Shown piece after piece: positions 1 to 10,152 of a stretch of 64,000 bases of DNA; position 1 is the stretch's first letter; each line of letters starts with the position of its first letter. The notes beneath the pieces are model-generated. The model saw only the letters and a list, made by a program, of their open reading frames with translations, searched no databases and had not been told where the DNA came from. The stretch covers positions 224,001 to 288,000 of the forward strand of contig JAWBYA010000001.1 in assembly GCA_038867615.1 (NCBI GenBank), in the 5' to 3' direction. The DNA is from Sulfolobales archaeon. Lineage in GTDB: Archaea > Thermoproteota > Thermoprotei_A > Sulfolobales > AG1. Both the position numbers and the translations under genes were made by a program.

Positions 1-1734
1 TATGTTGCTAGATACGTTACTCTGCTAACAGCTATATCGAGAGCCGTTGATGCTGGTGCAACTGTTGTGATAGCCGCGGGGAATGACGGGCCTGGGGGGT
101 ATACAATAAACTATCTATGCTATGCATCTGGGGTGATATGTGTTGGTGCCGTCGACTCCAGAGCTGGGAGTCTTTCGAGAACATCTGTGGCTATATTTAG
201 TGCACGAGGCCCCATACCATTCGATATAGCAGCGCCCGATGTGGCTGCCCCTGGTGTTGGTATAATCTCATCCATACCTATAAACAGGACGGCTGCTTTT
301 AGCGGAACCTCTATGGCTACACCCCATGTCTCTGGCGTAGCGGCTCTCTTAAAGCAGGCTCGCCCTGGATTGTCCCCCCTCGATATTAAGAGGGCTGTTG
401 TTCAATCAGCCTCGCCAGCACCTCTATCAGATCTCTATGAATCTCCTAATCCGTTCGATCAGGGAACAGGTGTTGTTATGGCTTTAGACGCTCTTAATAA
501 TCCTATTAGGCTCTCCTTCTCTGGCGGTGCTCTCCAGGGGCAGACCCAGACGCTGGTTATTCCGCCTGGGTCTAGTGCTTCTGCTGCTCTGCTTGTGAGT
601 AATATTGGGAACACTACTGTTCCTCTCAATATATATCTAACGGATCTTGTGAGCTATATGGGGTCCGGTGTTCTGAGGAATAGCTCTGCTAGCATTTCCC
701 AGCAATCCATATCATTATCACCTGGATCTAGCTCTCAGATCACGATCTCGATATCTGTCCCCTCTAGAACCCTTCCTGGAACCTATGCTGGGTATGTGAT
801 CGCTTCTACAGGTACTCATGCTGCAAAACTACCAATAGTAGTTGTTGTCCCGGCAACCCTTAGGGAAGATGCTACGAGCTTCTCAGCCTCTATATCTACT
901 ATAATAGGTGCTGGGCCTCCTGAGTGGGTTACTTTCAGGCTGTATGTCCCACAAGCTGTTGATGATCTTGTAAACATAGCGTCTTACTCCGACGGGCCTC
1001 TCCCACTAACGGTATACGCTATAACCCCGAGCAATAGGTTTGTAACCTCTGTTAGCGGTCTGCGTCTCCAAGAGAGGGGTGAATATATATTGATCCTAGA
1101 GATACCTGGGTTCTACGCCCTAGCAGGCCAGGCTATAATCACGCTCTCAGCACCAAAGGTCTTGCGAGGATTATCGCAGATAGAGACCCTAGCCTCCAAC
1201 GTCTCCTCACTTAGAAGTGGCTTAGAGAGTGTTAACGCATCACTCTCACAGAGATCACAGGCTCTTGAGTCGAGGCTCGAGAGCCTAGGATCTTCTGTTG
1301 AATCGATCAGATCTGCTGTACAAATACTCAACACAAGCCTTATCCTCTCACAGCAGCAGATAGATACCCTGGGCAAGAACCTAGCATCACTCGCACAGAC
1401 AGTAAGTGAAAACACAAGATCTATATCAAACCTAACAAGCTCCTTCCAAGGGTTCGTCAGCGATACCCAGAAAAGATTCTCAGACGTAGAGGGTAGATTA
1501 TCGAAGGCCGCAAGCGATATAGCAAGCCTTAGCGAGAGGTTCTCAAGCTTCCAGAACAGCGTGCAGCAAATGCTAGCAAGCCAGCAGAACTCCATAGCCG
1601 AGATAAGGAGTAACCTATCATCACTATCACAGAGCCTTGGAAACACAACAATAGTCTCAATAGCAGGTGTAGTGCTAGCCATAATCGGGATAGCGATAGG
1701 CGCGATAGCCTTCTCAAGAACTGGAAAGAAATAA
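1..1734 (+). CDS. S8 subtilisin-like serine protease, 5'-truncated by the window edge, with C-terminal coiled coil and membrane anchor
   Basis: The frame is open from base 1. It has the oxyanion motif AAGNDG, PDVAAPG and the catalytic SGTSMATPHVSG, then a Ser/Gln-rich heptad region and a hydrophobic C-terminal helix ending GKK. Confidence 0.9.
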   Translation, partial: YVARYVTLLTAISRAVDAGATVVIAAGNDGPGGYTINYLCYASGVICVGAVDSRAGSLSRTSVAIFSARGPIPFDIAAPDVAAPGVGIISSIPINRTAAFSGTSMATPHVSGVAALLKQARPGLSPLDIKRAVVQSASPAPLSDLYESPNPFDQGTGVVMALDALNNPIRLSFSGGALQGQTQTLVIPPGSSASAALLVSNIGNTTVPLNIYLTDLVSYMGSGVLRNSSASISQQSISLSPGSSSQITISISVPSRTLPGTYAGYVIASTGTHAAKLPIVVVVPATLREDATSFSASISTIIGAGPPEWVTFRLYVPQAVDDLVNIASYSDGPLPLTVYAITPSNRFVTSVSGLRLQERGEYILILEIPGFYALAGQAIITLSAPKVLRGLSQIETLASNVSSLRSGLESVNASLSQRSQALESRLESLGSSVESIRSAVQILNTSLILSQQQIDTLGKNLASLAQTVSENTRSISNLTSSFQGFVSDTQKRFSDVEGRLSKAASDIASLSERFSSFQNSVQQMLASQQNSIAEIRSNLSSLSQSLGNTTIVSIAGVVLAIIGIAIGAIAFSRTGKK

Positions 1735-1848
1735 ACGTAAGCAGCCATACCACATAGATCTCAGACCTCATAGATTTTTTCCCATAATCTCTAACCAAGA
1801 AAAACCTATACTTAAAACAAGCCTAATAGAACTATGATTAGAGAGCAG

Positions 1849-1926
1849 GGGCCCGTAGCTCAGCCAGGATAGAGCGTCGGCCTGCGGAGCCGGAGGTCCC
1901 GGGTTCAAATCCCGGCGGGCCCGCCA
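1849..1926 (+). tRNA. tRNA-Arg(GCG), intron-less, CCA encoded
   Basis: Acceptor stem GGGCCCG/CGGGCCC followed by GCCA; D-loop AGCCAGGATA; anticodon loop CT-GCG-GA; T-arm CCGGG-TTCAAAT-CCCGG. Confidence 0.97.
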
Positions 1927-2028
1927 GGCTTCTCATCATAACCTGGTTAAAAGTTCTTGATATAATCTTAGGGATCTTATTCTTGATCCTCTAGGACTGT
2001 TTGTGTGATAGGTCGTCTTGGCGAGATT

Positions 2029-3537
2029 CTATAGGGTTTTTGTGATGTATTTCTTCTCTAGGTATGATAGGTAGCTCGTTGGATCTATATCGATTCCTAG
2101 TGATCTCTTTAGGAGTTCTTTTGGAGCGTATGTTGAGCCCCATCTATGGATCTTTATTCTAAGCCATTCTCTTATTGGGGCTAGGTTGGGGGTTGATATA
2201 TAGCTATACAGGCTGCCTAGATCCTTTTCCATCGCGTCTCTTATTTGCGCGGCGATTATTGTTCCCAGTGTGTATGTTGGGAAGTATCCGACGGATCCTT
2301 GGCTCCAGTGTATGTCTTGTAATACTCCTTCGGAGTGTTTCTTGGGCTTTATCCCTAGATATCTATCCATAAGATCGTTCCACATTTCGGGCATGTCGTT
2401 AACGTTGATCTCTCCCGAGACAGCTAGCCTTTCGATTTCGAATCTAACAGCTATGTGGAGGTTATATGTAACCTCGTCAGCATCGACTCTTATCAGGCTT
2501 GGCCTTACTATGTTGAAATATCTATAGAGATCCTCTGGATCCTGGGACCAGAGGTAGCCGTTAAGAACATTTCTATAGAGATTCTCTATGAATGGCCTGC
2601 TCTTACCTATCATTAGCTCCCAGAACCTTGACTGTGATTCGTGAATCCCGAGCGATGCTCCAGTGGCTAGGGGTGATGCTCTAAGCGACTCATCTATCTG
2701 GAGCTCGTAGAGAGCGTGACCATATTCGTGGATAACCGAGAGTATTGTTCTCCTGAAATCCTTCCCTTCGTATCTCGTTGTTATCCTTACATCCCATATC
2801 CCCATGGAGGATGTGAATGGGTGTGCAGACTCGTCCAGCCTTAATCTCTTGGGGTTATGACCGAGGATCTCTAGGATCTTTTTGTTAACGCTTCTCATAA
2901 TATTAACATCATAGGGCTCTTCCTCGAGTCTGTGGTATTGTGGAAAATACCCCTCGCTCATAATTCTATCTAGGATCGATTTTAATCCTGGGGCCAGTTT
3001 ATCCATGATGCTCTTAAACTCCCTTGTTGTCAAGCCCTCTTCGTAGAGGTCTAGGAGTGCGTCGTATGGGTGCTCCCTATATCCTAGATGGTCTGCTATC
3101 TCCCTCTCGAGACCGAAGATCCTGGCTAAGTAAGGCTTGAACAGATCATAGTCATTCTTAGCCTTAGCATTTCTCCAAACAACGCTTGCTTCCGATGTGA
3201 TTCTGCTGAGCTCCTCAACAATCCTCGGAGGGATCTTTGTATAGTAGTCAACAAGCCTTCTCAGAACCCTCACAACGCCTCTCTCATAGTCGTTGAGATC
3301 CTCAGCCTTCTCAGCCCTCTCCAGCTTCTCTATAAACTCTCTCCTCGTAATCATCTTCTGGATCATTAGGTTGATCCTGCTAATAGCAATAGACCTCTCA
3401 TAAACCCCGTCCTCAGGCATGTATGTCTCTATATCCCACCCCATGAGGGATAGTGCGTGTTGGAGCGACCATATATCTGTATACTCCTCAACAAGCTCTC
3501 TAACCTCCCTCCTAACAAAGACGTTCTCAGAACCCAA
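2029..3537 (-). CDS. Thermostable carboxypeptidase, M32 family
   Basis: Motifs HPF, HEYGH, HESQ, IRVDAD and GYFPTY are present. Start moved to TTG at 3537 because the track start (3588) lies inside repeat family B. Confidence 0.93.
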   Translation of the reverse strand: MGSENVFVRREVRELVEEYTDIWSLQHALSLMGWDIETYMPEDGVYERSIAISRINLMIQKMITRREFIEKLERAEKAEDLNDYERGVVRVLRRLVDYYTKIPPRIVEELSRITSEASVVWRNAKAKNDYDLFKPYLARIFGLEREIADHLGYREHPYDALLDLYEEGLTTREFKSIMDKLAPGLKSILDRIMSEGYFPQYHRLEEEPYDVNIMRSVNKKILEILGHNPKRLRLDESAHPFTSSMGIWDVRITTRYEGKDFRRTILSVIHEYGHALYELQIDESLRASPLATGASLGIHESQSRFWELMIGKSRPFIENLYRNVLNGYLWSQDPEDLYRYFNIVRPSLIRVDADEVTYNLHIAVRFEIERLAVSGEINVNDMPEMWNDLMDRYLGIKPKKHSEGVLQDIHWSQGSVGYFPTYTLGTIIAAQIRDAMEKDLGSLYSYISTPNLAPIREWLRIKIHRWGSTYAPKELLKRSLGIDIDPTSYLSYLEKKYITKTL

Positions 3538-3574
3538 GCAGGGCACCAATTTTATAATGTATGGGGGTATAAGG

Positions 3575-3751
3575 GGTTTGGGTTTCATTGTTGCTGATAT
3601 TGCTTGATATCAACCGCTCTTCATAGATCCTCTCCTGCTCAGGCTGCTTTGGGATCTTCTCATCCTGGCTCTACCGTAAAATACATAGAACTTATATGAC
3701 GTTTTCGCAGAACCACGATTTGAACCCTCATGGAACTCGAAACGGTTAGCT
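3575..3751. mobile_element. Family B MITE-like element, short diverged copy B1
   Basis: Shares ggtttgggtttcat, tgcttgatatcaaccgctc, cttatat, gcagaac and atggaactcgaaac..gctatg with the copies at 11507 and 29907. Confidence 0.7.
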
Positions 3752-3777
3752 ATGAGTGATAACATGCGGGTCGTTAA

Positions 3778-3817
3778 GTTTATAAGGGGGCGTATCTAGA
3801 TATATCTAGATATATCT
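3778..3817 (+). promoter_or_regulatory. TATA box plus perfect 20-bp palindrome, putative PadR operator
   Basis: TTTATAA at ~3779-3785 is followed by the self-complementary TATCTAGATATATCTAGATA (3793-3812) just before the padR start. Confidence 0.65.
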
Positions 3818-4254
3818 TGAGGAAGGGATTGACCAAGTTGTTGGTGCTCTACCTCCTGCTGAGAGACGGGGATCTTCATGGTTATGAGATTATGAAGAAG
3901 ATTAAGAAGGAGACTAAGGGTGCCATATCACCCAGCCCTGGGAATATATACCCAGCCCTCAGAGAGTTGGCGTCTAGGGGTTTTGTGAGTGTTAGGGTTG
4001 ATGATATGGGGAGGAAGATCTATAGCCTTACAGAGAGGGGAAGAGAGTTTATTATGGAGAAAAAGGGCTTCATAGAGGAGATGCTTAGAAGCAATCCCTC
4101 GGAGGTTATAGAGGTTCTGGAGGAGATACATGCTCTGATAGTGAGTATTATGAGTGCTTGGAGAAATATGGATGAGGCTTCTAAGAAGGCTTTTGTAGAG
4201 GATCTCAGGAGGCTTAGAAGATCCCTGGGGGTAGGGATCGGTGTGGGCGGTTGA
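3817..4254 (+). CDS. PadR-family transcriptional regulator
   Basis: HGYEI, SPGNIYPAL and RKIYSLTERG match the PadR signature. Confidence 0.92.
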   Translation: MRKGLTKLLVLYLLLRDGDLHGYEIMKKIKKETKGAISPSPGNIYPALRELASRGFVSVRVDDMGRKIYSLTERGREFIMEKKGFIEEMLRSNPSEVIEVLEEIHALIVSIMSAWRNMDEASKKAFVEDLRRLRRSLGVGIGVGG

Positions 4255-5230
4255 GGTAGAGGATCTGCATAAGATCTATCCTGGGGGTGTTAAAGCCCTT
4301 AGCGGTGTTTCTTTCAAAGTCTCTAAAGGGGAGGTTTACTCCCTCCTAGGACCTAACGGTGCTGGGAAAACAACTACTATGAAGATCATAGCGACACTGC
4401 TTAAACCAACCTCTGGGAGGGTTATGGTTATGGGTATAGATGTCGCCTCTAACCCCGATTCTGTTAGAAAGATCATTGGCTACGTACCCCAGGATCTCTC
4501 GGCGGACGATGAGCTGACAGGAATAGAGAACGTTGTTCTCCAGGCCAGGCTCTACGGAATCCCTAAGGATAAGGCTGTGAGGAGGGCTAGAGAGTTGCTA
4601 GAGATGGTTGGGCTTGGCGAGGCTGCTAACAGGCTTGTGAAGAGCTATAGCGGTGGTATGAGGAGAAGGCTCGAGCTGGCCATGGGGCTGGTTAACGAGC
4701 CCGAGCTATTAATCCTGGACGAACCCACACTAGGGCTTGATGTGCAGTCAAAACTATCGCTCTGGGAGCATATTGAAAGGCTTAGGAAGGAGAAGAAGGT
4801 CACCATATTGATGACAACACACTATATGGATGAGGCTGATAGGCTGAGCGATAGGATAGCGATAATAGATAGGGGAAAGATCGTTGCCGAGGGTTCTCCT
4901 CAGGAGCTTAAGGCGAAGGTGGGGGGCGATGTGATAATGATCAAGATCTCATCAGACCCCCTGAAGGTCGCTGAGAAGTTGAAAATGATCGATGGTGTTC
5001 GTGGTGTTGATGTTATTGAGGGTAATATCAGGATCAAGGTGAATGTTGCTGAGACAATGCTCCCAGAGATCCTTAAGGTTTTGGGCAGCGTTGATGGTAA
5101 GATCGAGAGTATATCGATCACGAGACCCACGCTGGACCAGGTTTTCATAGAATATACAGGAAGAATGTTTAGAGACGAGGAGCCTGGCGACTTTAGGAGG
5201 CAGATGATGATCTGGAGGAGGAAGAGATGA
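4241..5230 (+). CDS. ABC exporter ATP-binding subunit, DrrA-like
   Basis: GPNGAGKTT, YSGGM, DEPT and THY motifs; C-terminal PTLDQVF. Confidence 0.93.
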   Translation: MWAVEVEDLHKIYPGGVKALSGVSFKVSKGEVYSLLGPNGAGKTTTMKIIATLLKPTSGRVMVMGIDVASNPDSVRKIIGYVPQDLSADDELTGIENVVLQARLYGIPKDKAVRRARELLEMVGLGEAANRLVKSYSGGMRRRLELAMGLVNEPELLILDEPTLGLDVQSKLSLWEHIERLRKEKKVTILMTTHYMDEADRLSDRIAIIDRGKIVAEGSPQELKAKVGGDVIMIKISSDPLKVAEKLKMIDGVRGVDVIEGNIRIKVNVAETMLPEILKVLGSVDGKIESISITRPTLDQVFIEYTGRMFRDEEPGDFRRQMMIWRRKR

Positions 5231-6075
5231 TGGGCGCACTATACACACTATACACGCTATATGAGAGGGAGATGAGGAAGTGGTTTAGGCAGAAGGTACA
5301 GCTAGTATTCATAGTAGTCATGCCCCTAATGTGGATGGGGCTTTTTGGGAAGAGCCTTAACTTCTCAGCACTACTCAGGATCCCAGATATACCTGGGGCT
5401 GAGCAGCTTAGAAACCAGATCCAGTTGCTAATAGAGGAGTACGTGATCAAGAGATACTTCGGTGGTTATGATTACTTCTCATTTTTCGTTATAGGGATGC
5501 TGAGCGTGTTCATACTATTCACAACGATGTGGAGCGGTATGAGCCTGGTTTTTGATAGAAGGCTTGGATATCTAAACAGATTCCTCGTAGCCCCTATACC
5601 GAGGTCGAGTATTGTTATGAGCAAGATCCTCTCCTCAGTAACAAGATCACTGATCCAGGTCACAGCACTACTCATAATAGCCCTAGCACTAGGACTAAGC
5701 CTAAAACCAGGCGTGGGTGTTATTGATATAGCGATCCTATATGGTGTTATAACACTGCTAGCACTCTCTTTTTCCTCAATATTCACAGCCATTGCTGTGA
5801 GGATAACAAGCCACGATCTAGTCATATCTATAGCAAACCTTGTCAACCTACCCCTAATGTTCACAAGCAACGCGATATTCCCAGTAGAGCAGATGCCCCA
5901 ATACCTACAAATAATAGCCAGAGCAAACCCCATAACACATGCTAATGTGATAACCAGGTATCACTTACTAGGGGTAGGGGATCCGGGATCTATGGTTACA
6001 TCCACAATATATATGGTTCTCTTCGCAACAGCATCTATAGCTATAGCGATCATAGCGTCGAGAAGGATCGAGTAG
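5227..6075 (+). CDS. ABC-2 type permease, DrrB-like
   Basis: Six TM segments, LVAPIPR and ANPITH motifs; overlaps the ATPase stop. Confidence 0.9.
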   Translation: MMGALYTLYTLYEREMRKWFRQKVQLVFIVVMPLMWMGLFGKSLNFSALLRIPDIPGAEQLRNQIQLLIEEYVIKRYFGGYDYFSFFVIGMLSVFILFTTMWSGMSLVFDRRLGYLNRFLVAPIPRSSIVMSKILSSVTRSLIQVTALLIIALALGLSLKPGVGVIDIAILYGVITLLALSFSSIFTAIAVRITSHDLVISIANLVNLPLMFTSNAIFPVEQMPQYLQIIARANPITHANVITRYHLLGVGDPGSMVTSTIYMVLFATASIAIAIIASRRIE

Positions 6076-6230
6076 CAACTCCATGTCATAGCCTGTATAG
6101 TAAGTTAAACACCTTTCAAAGATATAGCTAGCACTCAGAGATCTCCTAGTAAAGCTCCCCAGCAGAGAAACACGCTCTCTTAGTAAATAGTTAAAAAATC
6201 TTTATCGCGAGGCTATTAGCTTTTTCAGGA

Positions 6231-7439
6231 ATGGTTCTATGGCTTATAGCTCTAAGATCTGGGGCGTTATGGTTGGTGGAAAAGAGTGTTGTGATCGTTG
6301 CAAGCTGGCTTGGCTGGTTCTCGGTATTCCTAGTCAGGTTTGCACCAGCGCCGGTGCTTATATTGATAGAGAGGAGTTTTAACCTAACCCACGGAGAGGC
6401 GAGCCTGATCTTTACGAGCTATCTGCTAGCATATGCGGTGATGCAGATCCCTGCAGGGGTGTTGAGTGATAGGATAAACCCATCTAGAGTTATAGCTATA
6501 GGTCTCGCGATCATGACGGTTTCCGGCTTCGCTATGGGTTTAAGCCCGACCTTTGTAACAATGATCATTTTATCGTTTCTAACAGGCGTGGGTGCGGGGA
6601 CTTTCTATACATCGAGCACGTCTCTGCTCTCACTCTTATTCCCACCGCGTGAGAGGGAAAAGGTTCTCGGGATAGCATATTCAGGGATAGGTACAGGAAC
6701 CTCTGCAGCAATAGCTATCGGGGGGTTTCTTGGCAACCTGCTAGGGTGGAGGGGGATCTTCTTTGCACTAGCAATACCAGGTGCTGTGAGCGCGTTTCTC
6801 TTCACAAGGATAAAGATCCCTGCTCCCAATAAACCCCGTGGGAGTGGTTTCTCAAGCCTGGGGTTAGAGGTTCTCAGGATTAGGTCTATAGCGATCTGCA
6901 TAGTGATCCATGCATTGATACTGGTAACATATTTTGGTATCACGTCATTCACACCAACCTATATAGCGATATCGATAGGTAAGAGCCTGGTTGAGGCGGG
7001 CTTATTATTCCTAGTATTCCCCTTATCAGAGATCTTGGGCGGGCTTGTGGGGGGATATATGGCTAGCAGGATCGGTTCCAAAAGGGTTCTCATGATAAGC
7101 CTTCTATCGATCTCTATAGGAACTGCAGCGATCCCGTTCATGAGGTCAGAGATCTATGTAGTCCCTATTCTATCTATTATTGGCTTGATGTTTCGGGCAG
7201 CTGCCACAACCCTTCCACTGATCGTGGTTGAGAATACCCCAAGACATATACTTGGAGCTGTTCTTGGCTGGTATAACTCCACAGGCTTTGTGGGAGCTTC
7301 TATAGGGCCCTATATGTTTGGCTATATAGCAGATCTACACGGGTTTCTCCTATCCTATATAGCCCTCTCCTTCTTCCCACTCGTGTCTGTAATGCTGCTG
7401 CGTATGTTCAAAACGGGTTATGCAGCTAAAAACACATAG
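6231..7439 (+). CDS. MFS transporter
   Basis: About 12 TM segments; motif A-like GVLSDRINP. True start may be slightly downstream. Confidence 0.88.
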   Translation: MVLWLIALRSGALWLVEKSVVIVASWLGWFSVFLVRFAPAPVLILIERSFNLTHGEASLIFTSYLLAYAVMQIPAGVLSDRINPSRVIAIGLAIMTVSGFAMGLSPTFVTMIILSFLTGVGAGTFYTSSTSLLSLLFPPREREKVLGIAYSGIGTGTSAAIAIGGFLGNLLGWRGIFFALAIPGAVSAFLFTRIKIPAPNKPRGSGFSSLGLEVLRIRSIAICIVIHALILVTYFGITSFTPTYIAISIGKSLVEAGLLFLVFPLSEILGGLVGGYMASRIGSKRVLMISLLSISIGTAAIPFMRSEIYVVPILSIIGLMFRAAATTLPLIVVENTPRHILGAVLGWYNSTGFVGASIGPYMFGYIADLHGFLLSYIALSFFPLVSVMLLRMFKTGYAAKNT

Positions 7440-7447
7440 CTAGGTCT

Positions 7448-8770
7448 CTACGCTTTTACCAGCTCTTCAACGGATTTTCTAGCCGATTCAACTCCTCTAA
7501 CATACCATATTAGCGATGCTATGAGTCCGAAGGCCCATATTATAGATGCGAGGGTTAGGAAGAGGTTTGCGGGTATATATGTTTCGAAATAGACCACCAC
7601 AGCATTGCTCAGTATTGTTATGAATGTTATGAACCCGATGGTTGAAGCCCTAACACCTGTTGGGAATAGCTCGCTCTCCAGCGTGCTTAGGGAGGCCCAG
7701 GCCCATTCGGAGAAGATCATGTTTATAAACACCACTGCTAAGTATGTCTCTAGCGTGAATAGCCCGTGGATCGCTGCTAGTGTGGCTGCCGTTATAGTAC
7801 CCCCTAGGTATGATAATAACGTGGAGATCCTCCTGCTCCTATCTATGAGGGGTATTAGGATGAAGGCTCCTATAGATGCTCCGAGATTAGCTATAGCTAT
7901 ATTAAGCTCGACAGCACCGCTATAAGCGAAGCCCGCGGCATATGGTGCGTAGTAGGCGATAACGCTATAGGTTATATACTGGGATGCTGTTATTATGAGC
8001 AGTATTGCTAGTCTAAAGCTATATCTCCTCATAGCCTCGGCTAGCCCGATAGCTCTTTCTACAGGCGCGACCTTTCCAAGATCTATGGCTGTTACTCCCG
8101 CACTGCCAGCGATCCTCGATACAATGGTTCTAGCCTGTTCATACCTACCCTTCTGGATAAGCCATCTAGGGGATTCTGGTAGGTGGAATCTCGCGATAGC
8201 AACGATCGCTGCTAGCGCGGCTGCTGTTGCGACTACAGAGTTTATCTGGACATTTATATCTGTATATATAGCTCTATAGTAGAGTGCAAGGCCTGCTATT
8301 ATAGCTGCACCCACGTTCCACATGTTTGTTGATAGCATCATCGCCTTACCCCTATGCCTTGCTGGAATGAGCTCTGCTATTGCTGAGTATGCAGCGCCAA
8401 TCTCACCCCCGATCCCGAAGTTTATAGCAGATGTTAGGATCAATAGCTCGGTGAAGCCTCCGTGAAACGGTATCAGGAGGATTGTTGCGATGGTATATAT
8501 CAGGATAGATGTTATGAGCAAAACCCTCCTCCCATAGAGATCCGCAAGCCTTCCTAGAGCTAGGGCGCCTAGCATAAAGAAGATGAGGTTGACTGCAAAG
8601 ATCTCTGTAGCTCTCTCAGGCTCAACCAGATACATTATAGCAGGGGCTACTGTGAATAGAACACCGTCTAGAAAAAATGTGAGGGAGACTATTATAAAGA
8701 GCTTCCAGTGCTCTCTACCCCACCTAGCACTATCCAGCACCTCCCAGAAAGAACTCAACCATATCACCAC
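7448..8770 (-). CDS. MFS transporter, sugar-porter/SV2-like
   Basis: GRLADLYGRR, AELIPARHRG, LPESPRWL and SELFPTGVR motifs. Confidence 0.9.
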   Translation of the reverse strand: MVIWLSSFWEVLDSARWGREHWKLFIIVSLTFFLDGVLFTVAPAIMYLVEPERATEIFAVNLIFFMLGALALGRLADLYGRRVLLITSILIYTIATILLIPFHGGFTELLILTSAINFGIGGEIGAAYSAIAELIPARHRGKAMMLSTNMWNVGAAIIAGLALYYRAIYTDINVQINSVVATAAALAAIVAIARFHLPESPRWLIQKGRYEQARTIVSRIAGSAGVTAIDLGKVAPVERAIGLAEAMRRYSFRLAILLIITASQYITYSVIAYYAPYAAGFAYSGAVELNIAIANLGASIGAFILIPLIDRSRRISTLLSYLGGTITAATLAAIHGLFTLETYLAVVFINMIFSEWAWASLSTLESELFPTGVRASTIGFITFITILSNAVVVYFETYIPANLFLTLASIIWAFGLIASLIWYVRGVESARKSVEELVKA

Positions 8771-8907
8771 AACTCTGACACTATACGTAATATATAAGAA
8801 TTGCTATAGAAAATCTATAACAATAAGGAAAAAATATTAACCCATAGTTATAATACAGCTGGGACTAAGTTGAGTCAGCAATATAGACCTGATCTCTACG
8901 TTGTTCT

Positions 8908-8931
8908 ATTTCAATTCTATAGTAGATCGAC
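8908..8931 (-). CRISPR. Solitary CRISPR repeat R1 (GTCGATCTACTATAGAATTGAAAT)
   Basis: This 24-mer recurs at 11408 and 15136. It has the 3' ATTGAAA(N) end and the ATCTACTATAGAATTGAAAG core of Sulfolobales repeats. No array follows. Confidence 0.8.
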
Positions 8932-9123
8932 CCTGCGAAGTCATGGTTTGCTTTTAGCCTAACGACATTGGGGTTTCCATCTAGGTTCGAGAGATCATTC
9001 CCTGGGCGGCTTGAAGCTCTGCTCCCATCACCGTCCAGGGTCAGTATTGAGATCAACTCATCACCAGAAACAATTCCGATCAAAGCTTATAAATACCTCC
9101 CACGAGTATCAATAAGAAAACAG
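8932..9123 (-). repeat. Family A CRISPR-leader-like element, copy A1
   Basis: Co-linear with 15160-15357 and the split copy at 11432-11970; TATA at 9087-9094; palindrome at 9013-9025; terminal AGAAAACAG. Confidence 0.85.
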
Positions 9124-9146
9124 TTCTTCTCATAATTTTATAGTGT

Positions 9147-10151
9147 TTAGAGCTTCTCTTTCCTAAGATCTATCATGTCCTCTACATTCTCGCCAGTGCC
9201 TATGAGGGTTATTGGGACGCCTATCCTCTCCTCTAGATCTTCGATGAATCTGCGTGCTTCTTGGGGTAGTTTTCCCCATTCCCTAACCCCTCTAGCTTCT
9301 CTATACAGGGCGTCTAGCTTTGTTATAGCTACCTGGGTTGCTGAGTTGATTCTCACGGCTTTTCTGGCAAGTTCTATGTTGAAGGGTGCTACTCTTCTGA
9401 GCCTTCCTGTTACGGTTCCTCTTTCGATTAGGCCTAGTTTTTCAGCATCTTCGGGGCTTATCTCGCCCTCGAGAGGCCCTTCACCTACTCTTGTTACGAA
9501 TGATTTGAACACCACTATAACCTGGTCAACATGTTTTGGCCCAGCACCTATTTCTGACAAGATCCCTGCTGCTGATGTGTCTCTCGATGTTACGTAGGGG
9601 TAGGTTCCGTGGTAGAGGCTTAGAAAGAGTCCCTGTGTCCCTTCGACCAGGATCTCTTCTCCCCTCTCGATCATGTCGAGGATCTCTGGGGAGCTGTCGC
9701 AGATGAGATCCTCGATCTCTTTGAACTCCCATGCAAGCTTAAGCCTTCTAAGAACCCTCTCAGCCGTGGCAGCCCCTACCCCCTGGAACGTGGATCCTAT
9801 GCTTCTGAGCTTTTCATCAAGAGCCTCCATCTCGACGTGTCTCTTCTCTATAACGCCTGAGTATCTATCGACACATATCCTGCCCTGGGTTCTTGTCTCC
9901 TCGATCTCTTTTAAGAGGGTATCGATCCTTATGAGGGAGCCTCTGGCTATGAATAGCCTTATATCTTTATTTATGAATGTCGAGGGGACTAGCCTTAGCT
10001 TCCAAACCCTACCTCTATAGGTTAGAGTGTGTCCAGCATTAACACTCCCGGTCCTGATACTAGCACTATATCCTCCCCTGAGTCCTAGGTAGCCGGCTAC
10101 CTTACCCTTACCCTCGTCTCCGAAGAATCCTCCACATACTATTGTTATCAT
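9147..10151 (-). CDS. purA: Adenylosuccinate synthetase, short archaeal form
   Basis: GDEGKGK, NAGHT, EGTQG, GTYPYVTS, GTVTGRLRR and TKLD motifs. Confidence 0.96.
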   Translation of the reverse strand: MITIVCGGFFGDEGKGKVAGYLGLRGGYSASIRTGSVNAGHTLTYRGRVWKLRLVPSTFINKDIRLFIARGSLIRIDTLLKEIEETRTQGRICVDRYSGVIEKRHVEMEALDEKLRSIGSTFQGVGAATAERVLRRLKLAWEFKEIEDLICDSSPEILDMIERGEEILVEGTQGLFLSLYHGTYPYVTSRDTSAAGILSEIGAGPKHVDQVIVVFKSFVTRVGEGPLEGEISPEDAEKLGLIERGTVTGRLRRVAPFNIELARKAVRINSATQVAITKLDALYREARGVREWGKLPQEARRFIEDLEERIGVPITLIGTGENVEDMIDLRKEKL

Positions 10152-10152
10152 T

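Noticed and set aside
1849-1926. tRNA-Arg as attachment site of an integrated element
   Set aside because: No duplicated tRNA half and no integrase were seen in the window.
8842-8865. Possible degenerate second repeat 42 nt beyond R1
   Set aside because: Only the terminal GAC and scattered bases match, which is not distinguishable from chance.
8865-9083. Similar short ORFs across A1 and A3 (8865-9083, 15075-15332) ending in GSIYYRIE
   Set aside because: The similarity follows from the DNA repeat. The starts lie beside or above the TATA box and the frames read through the CRISPR repeat.
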